Source: a virus (lineage: Duplodnaviria; Caudoviricetes). From it: a stretch of 64,000 bases of DNA. Below, piece after piece: positions 45,360 through 55,566 of this stretch. Location of the stretch: IMG/VR virus record IMGVR_UViG_3300042402_003952, one strand, 5' to 3'. The position numbers and the translations under genes were made by a program. Every line of letters starts with the position of its first letter. The first letter of the stretch is position 1. A model generated the notes under the pieces. The model was not told where the DNA came from. It did no database searches and was given only the letters and a program-made list of their open reading frames with translations.

Positions 45360-46070
45360 ATGACTGTTATTTTGAAAACGATTAAAGATCTTAAAACATA
45401 TGATCTTTCTAAATCTGAAAAATTTTTAGAGCATCATAATACACCGCACTCAAAAACAACTGCAATTCTTGAGCAATTTGAGAATGGATTCTATTCCTTT
45501 CTTGATGAAAATGAAGAAGTCGTAATGGTTGATCTTGGTGCAAACATCGGACTTTTCTCTCTCTATATGAGTTCTATCTGCAAAGAAGTTTATGCAGTTG
45601 AACCAACACCTTCTCATATTGAGATCATGAAAGATCTTTTTAAAAATCTTGGTGTAAAAAATATCTTTCCGCATCAAGTTGCAATTCACACAAAAAATGG
45701 TGAAGAAGAATTTCAATTAAACAGTAGTAACTCTACAATGAATTCTTTCCTTCGTCATGGTATTGATCCTGGTGGAACTGACAGTGTTATGGTTCCAACT
45801 ACAACTCTTGCAGATTTTATTAAAAATAATGTGAAGAAAAGAGTTAATTTTGTTAAGATGGACATTGAAGGTTTTGAAAATGTGATCGTTCATGATCCAT
45901 CATTTGAAGATGCAATCAAAGAGATTGATGCCATTTATGTTGAAGTTCATGACTTTGAAGGTGTTGGAAAGATGGAAGAGAACGTAAACAAAGTTATTGA
46001 ACGACTTGAATCACTAGGCAAGAAAACCGTAAAACTTACTTATGATGGAGTTCTTGGTTATGACGGATGA
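45360..46070 (+). CDS. FkbM-family methyltransferase
   Basis: VDLGANIGLFS, YAVEP, VKMDIEGFE. Confidence 0.9.
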   Translation: MTVILKTIKDLKTYDLSKSEKFLEHHNTPHSKTTAILEQFENGFYSFLDENEEVVMVDLGANIGLFSLYMSSICKEVYAVEPTPSHIEIMKDLFKNLGVKNIFPHQVAIHTKNGEEEFQLNSSNSTMNSFLRHGIDPGGTDSVMVPTTTLADFIKNNVKKRVNFVKMDIEGFENVIVHDPSFEDAIKEIDAIYVEVHDFEGVGKMEENVNKVIERLESLGKKTVKLTYDGVLGYDG

Positions 46071-46683
46071 AAAACTAGAACGTAGACTTCTTGATATTTG
46101 CTACAATAAAAAACTCCATCACTTGGGAAGTTATTTTTCTTGTTTACATCTCATTGATAAAATCTACGGTGAGATGCAAGATGATGATATTTTCATCCTC
46201 TCAAATGGACATGCTGTAGTTTCTCTCTATGTTGTTCTTGAAAAATATTTTGGATTTGATGCAGAAGAACTTCTTGAAAAATATGGAGAGCATCCAAAAA
46301 GAAATGAAGATGTAAAAATTCATTGCTCAACTGGAAGTCTTGGTATGGGATTAACAGTTGCTGTTGGAAGAGCACTAGCAAATCCTGATCGTAATGTTTA
46401 TTGTATGATCTCTGATGGTGAGTGTGCAGAAGGATCTATTTGGGAAGCATTAAGGTTTGCATATGAAAAAAATGTTCACAATCTTAAGATTTATGTGAAT
46501 GCAAATGGATGGGCTGCTTATGATGCTGTAGATTTAGATTACCTTGAGGATAGAATTAAAGCATTTAATCCTTATGTGAACTTTGTAAGAACTACAGTTG
46601 AGCATCATGGACTTGAAGGACTACATGCTCACTATACTAATTTTACAGAAGAACAATATAAATCTGCCTTGGAGGTTCTATGA
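46060..46683 (+). CDS. Transketolase-like N-terminal (TPP-binding) subunit
   Basis: HHLGS, LSNGH, STGSLGMG, SDGECAEGSIWEA...N. Confidence 0.88.
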   Translation: MTDEKLERRLLDICYNKKLHHLGSYFSCLHLIDKIYGEMQDDDIFILSNGHAVVSLYVVLEKYFGFDAEELLEKYGEHPKRNEDVKIHCSTGSLGMGLTVAVGRALANPDRNVYCMISDGECAEGSIWEALRFAYEKNVHNLKIYVNANGWAAYDAVDLDYLEDRIKAFNPYVNFVRTTVEHHGLEGLHAHYTNFTEEQYKSALEVL

Positions 46684-47150
46684 GAAGGACATTTAGAGAT
46701 CAATTAACTATTGAGATGAGAGAGAATCCTAAAATTTCTCTTTTAGTTGGTGATGTTGGATATGGATTGTTTGATGATCTTAGAAAAGAGTTTCCTCATA
46801 GAGTTATTAATCCTGGAGCATCTGAGCAATTGATGATCGGAATGGCAGTCGGAATGGCAATGGAAGAAATTATTCCAGTTGTTTACTCTATTACTCCTTT
46901 TGTTCTATATCGTCCATTTGAGTTTATTCGTAATTATGTAAATCACGAAAACATTCCAGTAAAACTTGTTGGAAGTGGAAGAAATGATGACTACGGTGTT
47001 TGTGGATTTTCTCATTATGCTTGCGAAGACATGCAAGTATTATCAATCTTTCCAAACATCAAAACTTTCATTCCAAATACAAAGAATGATGTGAATGTAA
47101 AAGAATTCTTATATAACTCTTCCCCATCTTATATGAATTTGAGTAGATGA
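46680..47150 (+). CDS. Transketolase-like pyrimidine-binding subunit (short)
   Basis: GASEQLMIGMAVGMA, RPFEFIR, SHYACED. Confidence 0.88.
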   Translation: MRRTFRDQLTIEMRENPKISLLVGDVGYGLFDDLRKEFPHRVINPGASEQLMIGMAVGMAMEEIIPVVYSITPFVLYRPFEFIRNYVNHENIPVKLVGSGRNDDYGVCGFSHYACEDMQVLSIFPNIKTFIPNTKNDVNVKEFLYNSSPSYMNLSR

Positions 47151-47965
47151 ATATTTTATTTACAGGACATAGAGGATTTCTTGGAAGAGAATTAATTCCA
47201 TATCTTTCTGAAAATCATAATGTTTACTATCCAGAAATTGATTATACTAAGAAAGATCAGATTGATTTATTTCTGGGCGAAAAAAAAATTGATTTCATTC
47301 TTCATGCTGCTATCAAAGGTGGACGTAGAGTAAGGCAAGATATATCAGATGATTTCTACATCAATATGATGATGTTTGAAAATCTTGCTTCTCTAGAAAT
47401 ACCGATGATTAATTTTTGTAGTGGCGCTGCTTTTGGTAGACAAAAAGATATTTTTCTATCGGAAGAAATAAAAGTTGGTAATAGAATTCCTGAAGACTTT
47501 TATGGATTCGCTAAGTGTTTAATCACACAAAGATGTCGTCAATTAGAACATGTTTATAATCTGAGATTTTTTAATGTATTCGGACCAAAAACTCCTAACA
47601 ATATGTTCACCACAGTCAACATAAAAAATTACATTCATAAAAGAGAGATTGTAATTTTTAAAGATAAGTTTATGGACTTCTTTGGAATTGAAGATACTAA
47701 AAAAGTTTTAGATCTTTACCTGAGTAATAATGATCTTCCAAAAGAAGTTAATCTGGTATATGAAAATAAAACAAAATTATCAGATGTTGCAAACTTAATC
47801 AATAATCTTTCTACTCATAAAGTTAATATTGATGTATTGGAAAGTGGAAATGATAATTCGTATTGTGGTTCTGGATTGATCTTAAAATCACTTGGATTAA
47901 ATCTTAATGGGTTAGATAAAGAAATTAGAAATTGTTATGAAAATTTTTGTCAACGGAACATTTGA
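47147..47965 (+). CDS. NAD-dependent epimerase/dehydratase
   Basis: TGHRGFLG, HAA, YGFAK, RFFNVFGP. Confidence 0.85.
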   Translation: MNILFTGHRGFLGRELIPYLSENHNVYYPEIDYTKKDQIDLFLGEKKIDFILHAAIKGGRRVRQDISDDFYINMMMFENLASLEIPMINFCSGAAFGRQKDIFLSEEIKVGNRIPEDFYGFAKCLITQRCRQLEHVYNLRFFNVFGPKTPNNMFTTVNIKNYIHKREIVIFKDKFMDFFGIEDTKKVLDLYLSNNDLPKEVNLVYENKTKLSDVANLINNLSTHKVNIDVLESGNDNSYCGSGLILKSLGLNLNGLDKEIRNCYENFCQRNI

Positions 47966-48335
47966 TATTCTTCATCGTGGACATCTTGAACTTTTGAATT
48001 ATGCAAAAAGTCTTGGTGACTATTTGTGTGTTGGTATTGATACTGATGATAGAGTAAAGGAAAAGAAGGGTCCAACAAGACCTATACATAATCAAGATGA
48101 AAGAAAATTTTTTCTAGAAAATTTAAAGGCAGTTGATGAGGTAAAACTTTTTTCTAGCGATGAGGAACTTGAGGGTTTGGTAAAATCTTTTAAACCTAAT
48201 ATAATGGTTGTTGGTTCTGACTGGAAAGATAAGTCTGTAATAGGCTCTTATTATGCTGCTGAATTAATATTCTTTGATAGGATAGGAGATTATGCCACAA
48301 CAAAAACCATACAGGATATTATTGATCGGGGATAG
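47937..48335 (+). CDS. HldE/RfaE domain II-like sugar-phosphate nucleotidyltransferase
   Basis: NGTFDILHRGH, GIDTD, KGPTRPI, VGSDW. Confidence 0.9.
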   Translation: MKIFVNGTFDILHRGHLELLNYAKSLGDYLCVGIDTDDRVKEKKGPTRPIHNQDERKFFLENLKAVDEVKLFSSDEELEGLVKSFKPNIMVVGSDWKDKSVIGSYYAAELIFFDRIGDYATTKTIQDIIDRG

Positions 48336-49041
48336 TTGCGTCGATGAATACGTCTATGGAACTTGCGAGAGACTAAACCCAGAAGCACCTGTACCAATTC
48401 TTAAGTTTCATAGAAAAGAAAGTAAGAATGGAATGGCGTGGAATGTAAGAGACAATCTGCAAGCATTTGGTATGGAAGTTTATATGTTAACTAATAAAGA
48501 GAAGATTTATAAAACACGATATATTGATGAAAGGTATAATCATCAAATCTTGAGAGTAGATATTGAGGGTGTTTTATCTCCAATGGAATATGAAATACCA
48601 AATGAAAAATTTGATGCATTGGTTATTTCTGATTATGACAAGGGATTTGTCACGCAAAACAGATTATTTGAAATAGTTTTTAACTCTAGAATTCCTGTTT
48701 TTGTTGATAGTAAAAAAACAATCTTACCAGAATCAAATTGTTTTATTAAAATCAATGATAATGAATCAAAACTATTAAAAAGTAGGCACGACAATCTAAT
48801 CGTAACAAGGGGTTCATGTGGGGCAGAATATAATGGTATAACTTATCCTGGAGAAAAGGTAAGTGTATTTGATGTTTGTGGGGCAGGAGATACCTTTTTA
48901 TCTGCGTTAGTTTACTTTTATCTAGAGTATGGTACAATAGAAAGAGCAATACCTTACGCTAATAAAGCAGCTGCAATAGCAGTTCAAAACTTTGGGACTT
49001 ATGTTTTAACTGGAGATGATATTGATGAAATACGTCATTGA
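48292..49041 (+). CDS. HldE/RfaE domain I-like PfkB sugar kinase
   Basis: ERLNPEAPVP, ISDYDKG, DVCGAGDTF. Confidence 0.9.
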   Translation: MPQQKPYRILLIGDSCVDEYVYGTCERLNPEAPVPILKFHRKESKNGMAWNVRDNLQAFGMEVYMLTNKEKIYKTRYIDERYNHQILRVDIEGVLSPMEYEIPNEKFDALVISDYDKGFVTQNRLFEIVFNSRIPVFVDSKKTILPESNCFIKINDNESKLLKSRHDNLIVTRGSCGAEYNGITYPGEKVSVFDVCGAGDTFLSALVYFYLEYGTIERAIPYANKAAAIAVQNFGTYVLTGDDIDEIRH

Positions 49042-49348
49042 TATTGATGGAACTATTTGTGATAAAGATGAAGGTAAAACTTATTCATCTTCCTCGCCAA
49101 AAAGAGATAGAATAAAACTAATCAATCAACTTTATGATGAAGGTCATTATGTTGTATATCTTACCGCAAGAGGTATGGGTAGATATGATAATGATGCAAA
49201 ACTAGCAGAAGCAGATTTGAGATATATAACAGAATTGCAACTCAAAGAATGGGGTTGTAAATATCATAAATTGTTTATGGGTAAACCTGCCGGTGATGTC
49301 TACATAGATGACAAAGGAATTAATGCAAATGACTTCTTCGGAAATTAA
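49025..49348 (+). CDS. HAD-superfamily (capsule biosynthesis-type) phosphatase
   Basis: IDIDGTI, YLTARG, GKP..DVYIDDK. Confidence 0.85.
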   Translation: MKYVIDIDGTICDKDEGKTYSSSSPKRDRIKLINQLYDEGHYVVYLTARGMGRYDNDAKLAEADLRYITELQLKEWGCKYHKLFMGKPAGDVYIDDKGINANDFFGN

Positions 49349-49685
49349 ATTTGTCCCTAAAGGATGGGGATTTGAAAAGTGGATTGTAAACTCTGAAGAA
49401 TACTGTGGAAAACTTCTTTATTTTGTAAAAGGAAAAAAATGCTCTTGGCATTTTCACAAACTTAAAGATGAAGTTTTCTATTTACAATCTGGGAAAATTT
49501 TGTTAAAATATTATGATGAAGATGATATTGCTTTAGCAAATGAACTAATCTTGAATAAAGGAGATAAGTTTCATGTTTATCGCGGATTAAGACATCAAAT
49601 GATTGCTCTTGAAGATACTGAGCTTTTTGAATTTTCAACACAACATTTTGATGAAGATAGTTATCGTGTAATTAAAGGAGATTGA
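49329..49685 (+). CDS. Cupin sugar-phosphate isomerase-like protein
   Basis: VPKGWGFEKWI, SWHFHKLKDEVFY, HQM, STQHFDEDSYR. Confidence 0.8.
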   Translation: MTSSEIKFVPKGWGFEKWIVNSEEYCGKLLYFVKGKKCSWHFHKLKDEVFYLQSGKILLKYYDEDDIALANELILNKGDKFHVYRGLRHQMIALEDTELFEFSTQHFDEDSYRVIKGD

Positions 49686-49686
49686 A

Positions 49687-51234
49687 ATGAGTTTTGGGAT
49701 TAAGTTAGTTGAGGGAATGCATCGTGGATTTCTCTCGAACTATCTTACTATTTTGACAAGTTTTAGAACACTTGAAAATAAAGGAGTAGATCTTAATCAA
49801 GTCTGCGTTTCTCCATCAATGTTTATGTTGTATGGAACTCCAGATCATTGGTTCGATCCTTCTCGCGTATCTGATGATGCCAGTAAAGTTTTTAATGCAC
49901 AAGATGGATGGGATTGTGATTATCCTTGGGCATCTTTTAGGGATTTTGATTTGGATAAGTATCGTAAATACTTACCTTATAATGAAAGAATGCAATCAAA
50001 AATTGATAACATTCCTAGAGATAAGTATAAAAATGCCCTAGGTGTTCATTATCGTGGAACTGATGGAGTTGGGCATACAGAATTTGTTGCTATTGAAAAG
50101 TATATTAAGGTAACAGAAGAAGAATTTAATTCTGGCGGATATGATTGCATTTTTCTTACTACAGATCAGACTAATGTAATTGATGAATTTAAAAATTATT
50201 TTCCAAACATAATGATTCATCATTATGATCATCAGCGTACTATGAGTACTGCTGGTCTTCATTACTCTATTCAGGCAGAACCTAATAGTTCTGAAAGGAT
50301 TCTTGCGGGCGATGAAGTTTTGATTGATGCAACTACGCTATCAATGTGTAAAACTATCATTGGCAAGTCTTCGAATATTACCAACTATGCACGTATTTTG
50401 AGTCCTTATGTTGAAATTCTTTATCAAGATTTGAATACTAGTAATGATCATGGAGATCATGCAGATCTTAATAGTAGAGGTTATCTGGAAAGATTTCCTC
50501 AAATTAGAGTAAAAGATATTCAACCATTTATTTTTAACTGGAATCGTCAGTTTGAAAAAACTTGTGCTATTGAGGATGCACTGAAAGAAGTATTTGATGA
50601 AGTTACAGTCATCAACAGCGACGATAACAATACTAGAGAGGGTTGGATTGACCTTGGAGATTCTGCTTACTTTACTTCTCAATTTACTAAGGCACTAGAA
50701 CTTTTTAAAGATAATAAAAAAGTTCTTCTTCATATTCAAGGAGATACTGAATATGATAATTGGAAACAACTCGTTGATGATGCAAGAAAGTATTATAATC
50801 TTTATGAGTGGGGTGTTTATGCTCCAGATGTAACTAATGTTTGGTATACTCCAGACCAAACTGATATTGATGGATTGCAATCAGAAGATCCTAATATTAA
50901 AATGGTTGCTTGTACTGATGAAACTGTATGGTTTATTCATAGAGATATTATTTCTGATTTTTATAATAGAAATCTTTCTGAAGTTATGACACCAGAAACA
51001 ATGAAAATGGGATGGGGTTGGGATCTTGTAATGAATGCAATTTCTTTTATTATGCAGAGACCCGTAATTAGAGATTATGGTCATCAAATTCAACATGCGC
51101 AGGGAACCAACTATAATAAAGAAACTGCAGGTCAAGAAATGGCAAATCTATGGAACAGTCTTCCTAGTGACCTAAAAGAATGTATTGCCTATATTAAAGG
51201 GGATAGAGAAAAAATCGTTAAGTATTTTGAGTGA
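49687..51234 (+). CDS. Two-domain protein: NodZ-like glycosyltransferase plus second glycosyltransferase-like domain
   Basis: GVHYRGTD, FLTTD, SSNI then IFNWN...LHIQGD...GWGWD. Confidence 0.6.
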   Translation: MSFGIKLVEGMHRGFLSNYLTILTSFRTLENKGVDLNQVCVSPSMFMLYGTPDHWFDPSRVSDDASKVFNAQDGWDCDYPWASFRDFDLDKYRKYLPYNERMQSKIDNIPRDKYKNALGVHYRGTDGVGHTEFVAIEKYIKVTEEEFNSGGYDCIFLTTDQTNVIDEFKNYFPNIMIHHYDHQRTMSTAGLHYSIQAEPNSSERILAGDEVLIDATTLSMCKTIIGKSSNITNYARILSPYVEILYQDLNTSNDHGDHADLNSRGYLERFPQIRVKDIQPFIFNWNRQFEKTCAIEDALKEVFDEVTVINSDDNNTREGWIDLGDSAYFTSQFTKALELFKDNKKVLLHIQGDTEYDNWKQLVDDARKYYNLYEWGVYAPDVTNVWYTPDQTDIDGLQSEDPNIKMVACTDETVWFIHRDIISDFYNRNLSEVMTPETMKMGWGWDLVMNAISFIMQRPVIRDYGHQIQHAQGTNYNKETAGQEMANLWNSLPSDLKECIAYIKGDREKIVKYFE

Positions 51235-52034
51235 TGGACAAAAACAAATCAGTATTCAAACTCAAAGGTCTTCCGCAGATCTATTGGTTAAATCTAGATG
51301 CAGATACTCATCGTCGTGAGTATATGGAATCTCAATTTAAATATTGGGAGATTGAAAATCATACACGTATTTCTGGATATGATGGGAGAGTTGATGATGT
51401 ATCTTCCCATTTGAAAGGAAGAATTCCTGATAATGTATCTCAAAATGAATTGGGATGTTGTATGTCTCATCTTAAAGCAATTCGCCATTTTTATGAAAAT
51501 ACAAACGATGAGTATTGTTTGATTCTGGAAGATGATGTAAACCTTGACATTGCCAAATACTGGAACTTCACTTGGAAAGAGTTTTTCTCACTTCTTCCAT
51601 ATGATTGGGACTGTGTGCAGCTTACTACTATTTGCACGGGAGATATTCATGTTAAATTGCATTTAAAGTTTATCAATGATTTTTCTGCAGCAATCTACTT
51701 AATCAGTAGACATCATGCTGCAAAACTTATGAAACATCATATACGTGGTGAAAAATATAAACTTGATAACGGGGTAAAACCAAGGGCAGTTTCTGAAGAT
51801 ACTATTTTGGAGACTGGAAAAACGTATACGATTCCGTTGTTTTTATATAACTTAGATATGGGGTCTGCCATTCATACAGATCATCTTAGTATCTTTCATA
51901 AAGGTCCTCACGATGCACTACTAAACTGGTGGCAACAGTCTGGTGCAGGTGTTGATATTAGAGAGTATATGAATTATGATCCATATTTGGGTCGAATAAC
52001 TGAAAACTCTTCTACTCAATCTCAAAACGCTTGA
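51231..52034 (+). CDS. Glycosyltransferase family 25
   Basis: WLNLD...RREYM, ELGCCMSHL, ILEDD. Confidence 0.88.
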   Translation: MMDKNKSVFKLKGLPQIYWLNLDADTHRREYMESQFKYWEIENHTRISGYDGRVDDVSSHLKGRIPDNVSQNELGCCMSHLKAIRHFYENTNDEYCLILEDDVNLDIAKYWNFTWKEFFSLLPYDWDCVQLTTICTGDIHVKLHLKFINDFSAAIYLISRHHAAKLMKHHIRGEKYKLDNGVKPRAVSEDTILETGKTYTIPLFLYNLDMGSAIHTDHLSIFHKGPHDALLNWWQQSGAGVDIREYMNYDPYLGRITENSSTQSQNA

Positions 52035-52127
52035 CACTCTTTTAGTTTCCCTCTATACTAAATAAGTACTTAAGAATTCTGTTGTAATTCTTAATCTTTG
52101 TCCTATAGTACAAACAAAAACAAATCT

Positions 52128-53594
52128 ATGAAATTCTTTCAACAACTGATGCTTGCACCTGTTGCTCTGGGAATGGTTGCTCCTGCTGCGACTGCGGCAG
52201 ACCTTAATATGAATGGGGTCAACCAATATTCCGCCGATCAGGTTACAAGCGTCACTCAATTTTCTGATGTACGTCCTACTGATTGGGCATATCAGGCACT
52301 CAGCAACCTCGTAGAGCGTTATGGTTGCGTTGCTGGTTACCCTAACGGAACCTTTGGTGGTGGTAAAGCGATGACTCGTTATGAGGCAGCAGCACTTCTG
52401 AATGCTTGCCTTGATCGTGTGACTGAAGTTACCGATGAACTGAAGCGTCTTCAGGTAGAATTTGCACAAGAACTTGCTGTTCTTCGTGGTCGTGTAGATA
52501 AACTGGAAGCACAAGTTACTACTCTTGAAGCACAACAGTTCTCCACTACAACCAAACTGCGTGGTGAAGCAAACTTTGTAATTGGTAATGTAGATAATTA
52601 TCAAACTAAGGCTGGTGATGTAACTCACGCCGCATTCAACTATGATCTGCGTCTGAACCTGGACACTTCGTTCACTGGTAAGGATCTGCTTCGCACTCGT
52701 CTGCGTTCTTCCAACTTCAGTGCAGATCCTTTTGGTTCCAGTTCATCTATCTTTAAACTGGATAAGGCAGACAACACTACAGGTGAGAATGGTAACAATG
52801 TAGTTATCGATCGTCTGTACTATCAGTTCCCTGCGTTCAATAACACCACCACATTTACTGCTGGTGCTCTAGTTCGTAACACTGAAATTGCTTGGCTGCC
52901 TACTGCTTATAGTTCCAAGATCCTTGACTTCTTCCAAGTTGCTGGTGCTCCTGGTGTTTATAACAAAGCAGTTGGTTCTGGTTTCGGTGTCCAGTATGGT
53001 AACAAGGGTCTTGTTGCTGGTGTAAACTATGTTGCCCAAAATGGTAGCGATAGTGCTACTGGTGAATTTGACCGCTCTGGTGCTCTGAACACTCTGGCAC
53101 AGATCGGTTATCGTGGTGACAACTATGGTATCGCATTTGGTTATCGTTATGGTACTGAAGGCACCCGTGTTCGCACCTACAACGGTCTGAATGGTGCTTC
53201 AGGTACTCTGGTTCCTGGTCAAACCTCTAACGGTTATGCGATCAACGCTTACTGGCAGCCCACTCAATCTGGTTGGGTTCCCTCCATCTCTGGTGGTTAC
53301 GGTTGGAACACTGTAAGTGGCACTCCTAGTGCTGCTACCAACAGTCAATCTTGGTTTGCTGGTCTTCAGTGGGAAGATGTGTTTGTTGATGGAAACACTG
53401 CTGGTGTTGCTATCGGTCAAGCTCCTACTGGTTCTAACCTTGAGAAGTCCACGATGCTTGAGATCTTCTACAAGTATCAAGTGTCTGATAACATCAGCGT
53501 CACTCCTGCTATCATCTATGGTAGTGACAATCAGCGTCTTGCTGGTAACTCCTCAAATTGGGGAGGAATTTTACAAACAACCTTTAAGTTCTAA
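52128..53594 (+). CDS. Cyanobacterial SomA/B-type outer-membrane porin with SLH domain
   Basis: Signal peptide, FSDVRPTDWAYQAL, GYPNGTF..TRYEAAA, QFSTTTKLRGE, terminal TTFKF. Confidence 0.93.
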   Translation: MKFFQQLMLAPVALGMVAPAATAADLNMNGVNQYSADQVTSVTQFSDVRPTDWAYQALSNLVERYGCVAGYPNGTFGGGKAMTRYEAAALLNACLDRVTEVTDELKRLQVEFAQELAVLRGRVDKLEAQVTTLEAQQFSTTTKLRGEANFVIGNVDNYQTKAGDVTHAAFNYDLRLNLDTSFTGKDLLRTRLRSSNFSADPFGSSSSIFKLDKADNTTGENGNNVVIDRLYYQFPAFNNTTTFTAGALVRNTEIAWLPTAYSSKILDFFQVAGAPGVYNKAVGSGFGVQYGNKGLVAGVNYVAQNGSDSATGEFDRSGALNTLAQIGYRGDNYGIAFGYRYGTEGTRVRTYNGLNGASGTLVPGQTSNGYAINAYWQPTQSGWVPSISGGYGWNTVSGTPSAATNSQSWFAGLQWEDVFVDGNTAGVAIGQAPTGSNLEKSTMLEIFYKYQVSDNISVTPAIIYGSDNQRLAGNSSNWGGILQTTFKF

Positions 53595-53703
53595 GGTATA
53601 AATAATAATGCCTTAATTGGTTCGCATCTTTAAGGTAGAGATTGGAGGGCAGAAATGCCCTCTTTTCTTTTATAAATAGTATTGCGAACCAATTTAAGAG
53701 CAG

Positions 53704-54333
53704 ATGAAAAACACTAATATGTTTTATACTTACGCATACTTGCGTGAAGATGGAACTCCTTACTATATTGGTAAAGGAGTTAAAGGTAGAATTTACTCTT
53801 CTAATAGAAAAATAAAAAAACCAAAAGATAAATCTAAAATTATATTTCTTAAACAAAATCTGACAGAAGAGGAAGCATTCAATCACGAAGAGTATATGAT
53901 TTCAGTTCTTGGTAGAAAAGATTTAGGAACTGGAATGTTGAGAAATAGGACTAATGGTGGTGAGGGTGCTTCTGGCTCTTTGAAAAGTGAAGAATTCAAA
54001 AGAAGACATAGTGAAAGAATGAAAGGGAAAAATAATCCTAGTTATGGTAGGAAACAATCAGAGGAACATAGAAGAAAAAATAGTGAGGCAAATAGAGGAG
54101 AAAATAATCATTTTTATGGTAAATCTCATTCGGAAGAAACCAAGAAAAAAATTAGTATGAAGAAGAAAGGAAAACCACTTTCTACAGAGACCAAAAGAAA
54201 ATTAAGTGAGATACATAAGGGAAAATGTGGAGAAAATCATTCTCATTATGGAAAGAAGTGGTGGAACGACGGTAAAGGTAATACTACACTATCACTAGAT
54301 TGTCCTGGTGAAAATTGGGTTCTTGGTAGATAA
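53704..54333 (+). CDS. GIY-YIG homing endonuclease with NUMOD3 repeats
   Basis: FYTYAYLREDGTPYYIGKG; YGKSHSEETKKK. Confidence 0.88.
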   Translation: MKNTNMFYTYAYLREDGTPYYIGKGVKGRIYSSNRKIKKPKDKSKIIFLKQNLTEEEAFNHEEYMISVLGRKDLGTGMLRNRTNGGEGASGSLKSEEFKRRHSERMKGKNNPSYGRKQSEEHRRKNSEANRGENNHFYGKSHSEETKKKISMKKKGKPLSTETKRKLSEIHKGKCGENHSHYGKKWWNDGKGNTTLSLDCPGENWVLGR

Positions 54334-54368
54334 CTTACTTTAATAAATAACTAAAAAGTATTTGTAAG

Positions 54369-54875
54369 ATGGACGCACAAGAACTTCGCAATCTTCAAGA
54401 AGCATATATGGAAGTTGTTGAAAATCAGCAACTTGATGAAGCATCTGGTGGTATTATTGGTGGGAAAACTTTTCCTTCTAAAAATGTTCCTGAAAAATCA
54501 AAATCAAATAAACCATCAAAGATTGGAAGAGGTATAAGAAAATCAATACAATCTGCTTCTTTTGGATTTAGTCAGGAAAACCCGAAAGATATTGTTTCCA
54601 GACATAAAAAATATAGTGATAAAGAACTTGATACAGTTTCCAGAGGAAAGGACGAACCAAAACCAGGAAAAGGAAGAAGTAGAAGTGCTAGGGAGTTTCA
54701 GTTGAAGGTTATTGAAAGGGAGAAAAGAAGGAGACAAAAAGCAAACGAAGAAGTAGATATTTACGACATCATCCTCTCACACTTACTTGATGAAGGGTAT
54801 GCTGAAACCCCAGAAGCAGCAGAAGCAATTATGGTGAATATGAGTGAAGAGTGGAGAGATAGTATTATCGGATGA
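54369..54875 (+). CDS. Late repeated-domain protein, cassette family copy 3
   Basis: First 60 coding nt identical to 4267-4326; same C-terminal domain; unrelated basic core. Confidence 0.75.
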   Translation: MDAQELRNLQEAYMEVVENQQLDEASGGIIGGKTFPSKNVPEKSKSNKPSKIGRGIRKSIQSASFGFSQENPKDIVSRHKKYSDKELDTVSRGKDEPKPGKGRSRSAREFQLKVIEREKRRRQKANEEVDIYDIILSHLLDEGYAETPEAAEAIMVNMSEEWRDSIIG

Positions 54876-54967
54876 TAAGTTAGCAAAACCGAATAAAACC
54901 TTAAGGGATGCTTGACACCCTTTTCTTTTTCCTATATAATTGTGTAACAATTCGTAATAAAACAAAA

Positions 54968-55177
54968 ATGACTATAACTAAAAATGAGTTCGGGCAAATG
55001 AATATGTTTGCTAAAGAACCATCGATGTATATGACCAAGGAAGACCTTGATCGTTATGGCATCGAACCTTATGCCGAGAAGGCGGAGAAAATGAATGGAC
55101 GCACTGCAATGGTCGGGTTTATTGCTGGTCTTATTTCTTATGCTTTCACTGGCAAACTCTTTTTCGGGGTCTTCTGA
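54968..55177 (+). CDS. hli: High-light-inducible protein
   Basis: AEKMNGRTAMVGF chlorophyll-binding motif. Confidence 0.9.
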   Translation: MTITKNEFGQMNMFAKEPSMYMTKEDLDRYGIEPYAEKAEKMNGRTAMVGFIAGLISYAFTGKLFFGVF

Positions 55178-55186
55178 GGGTTGACA

Positions 55187-55273
55187 ATGACTTCACTCTT
55201 GTTTACAATGACCTCAGTTGCCTTCTTCGTTTTGTTGGCAGCATCTGTAGAAAAACTTTGTGAGACTTACTAA
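55187..55273 (+). CDS. 28-aa hydrophobic peptide coupled to petF
   Basis: Hand translation [28 protein letters not shown]; TAATG overlap. Confidence 0.5.
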   Translation: MTSLLFTMTSVAFFVLLAASVEKLCETY

Positions 55274-55566
55274 TGACCGTTTTTAATGTCACTCTTCAAT
55301 CTCCTGATGGAACTGAAACCACTATCGAATGTGCTGATGACCAATACATTCTCGAAGCAGCAGAAGAGGCAGGCGTTGACCTTCCTTCATCGTGTAAGGC
55401 AGGCGCTTGTTCCGCTTGTGCAGGCAAACTCATCTCTGGCACCGTTGACAACGAAGAACAATCGTTCCTTGATGACGATCAACAAGCAGAAGGTTGGGTT
55501 CTCACTTGCGTTGCTTATCCCACAAGTGATTGTGTAATTCTTACTGAACAGGAAGAGAATCTGTGA
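55273..55566 (+). CDS. petF: Plant-type [2Fe-2S] ferredoxin
   Basis: [13 protein letters not shown]...VLTCVAYP. Confidence 0.96.
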   Translation: MTVFNVTLQSPDGTETTIECADDQYILEAAEEAGVDLPSSCKAGACSACAGKLISGTVDNEEQSFLDDDQQAEGWVLTCVAYPTSDCVILTEQEENL

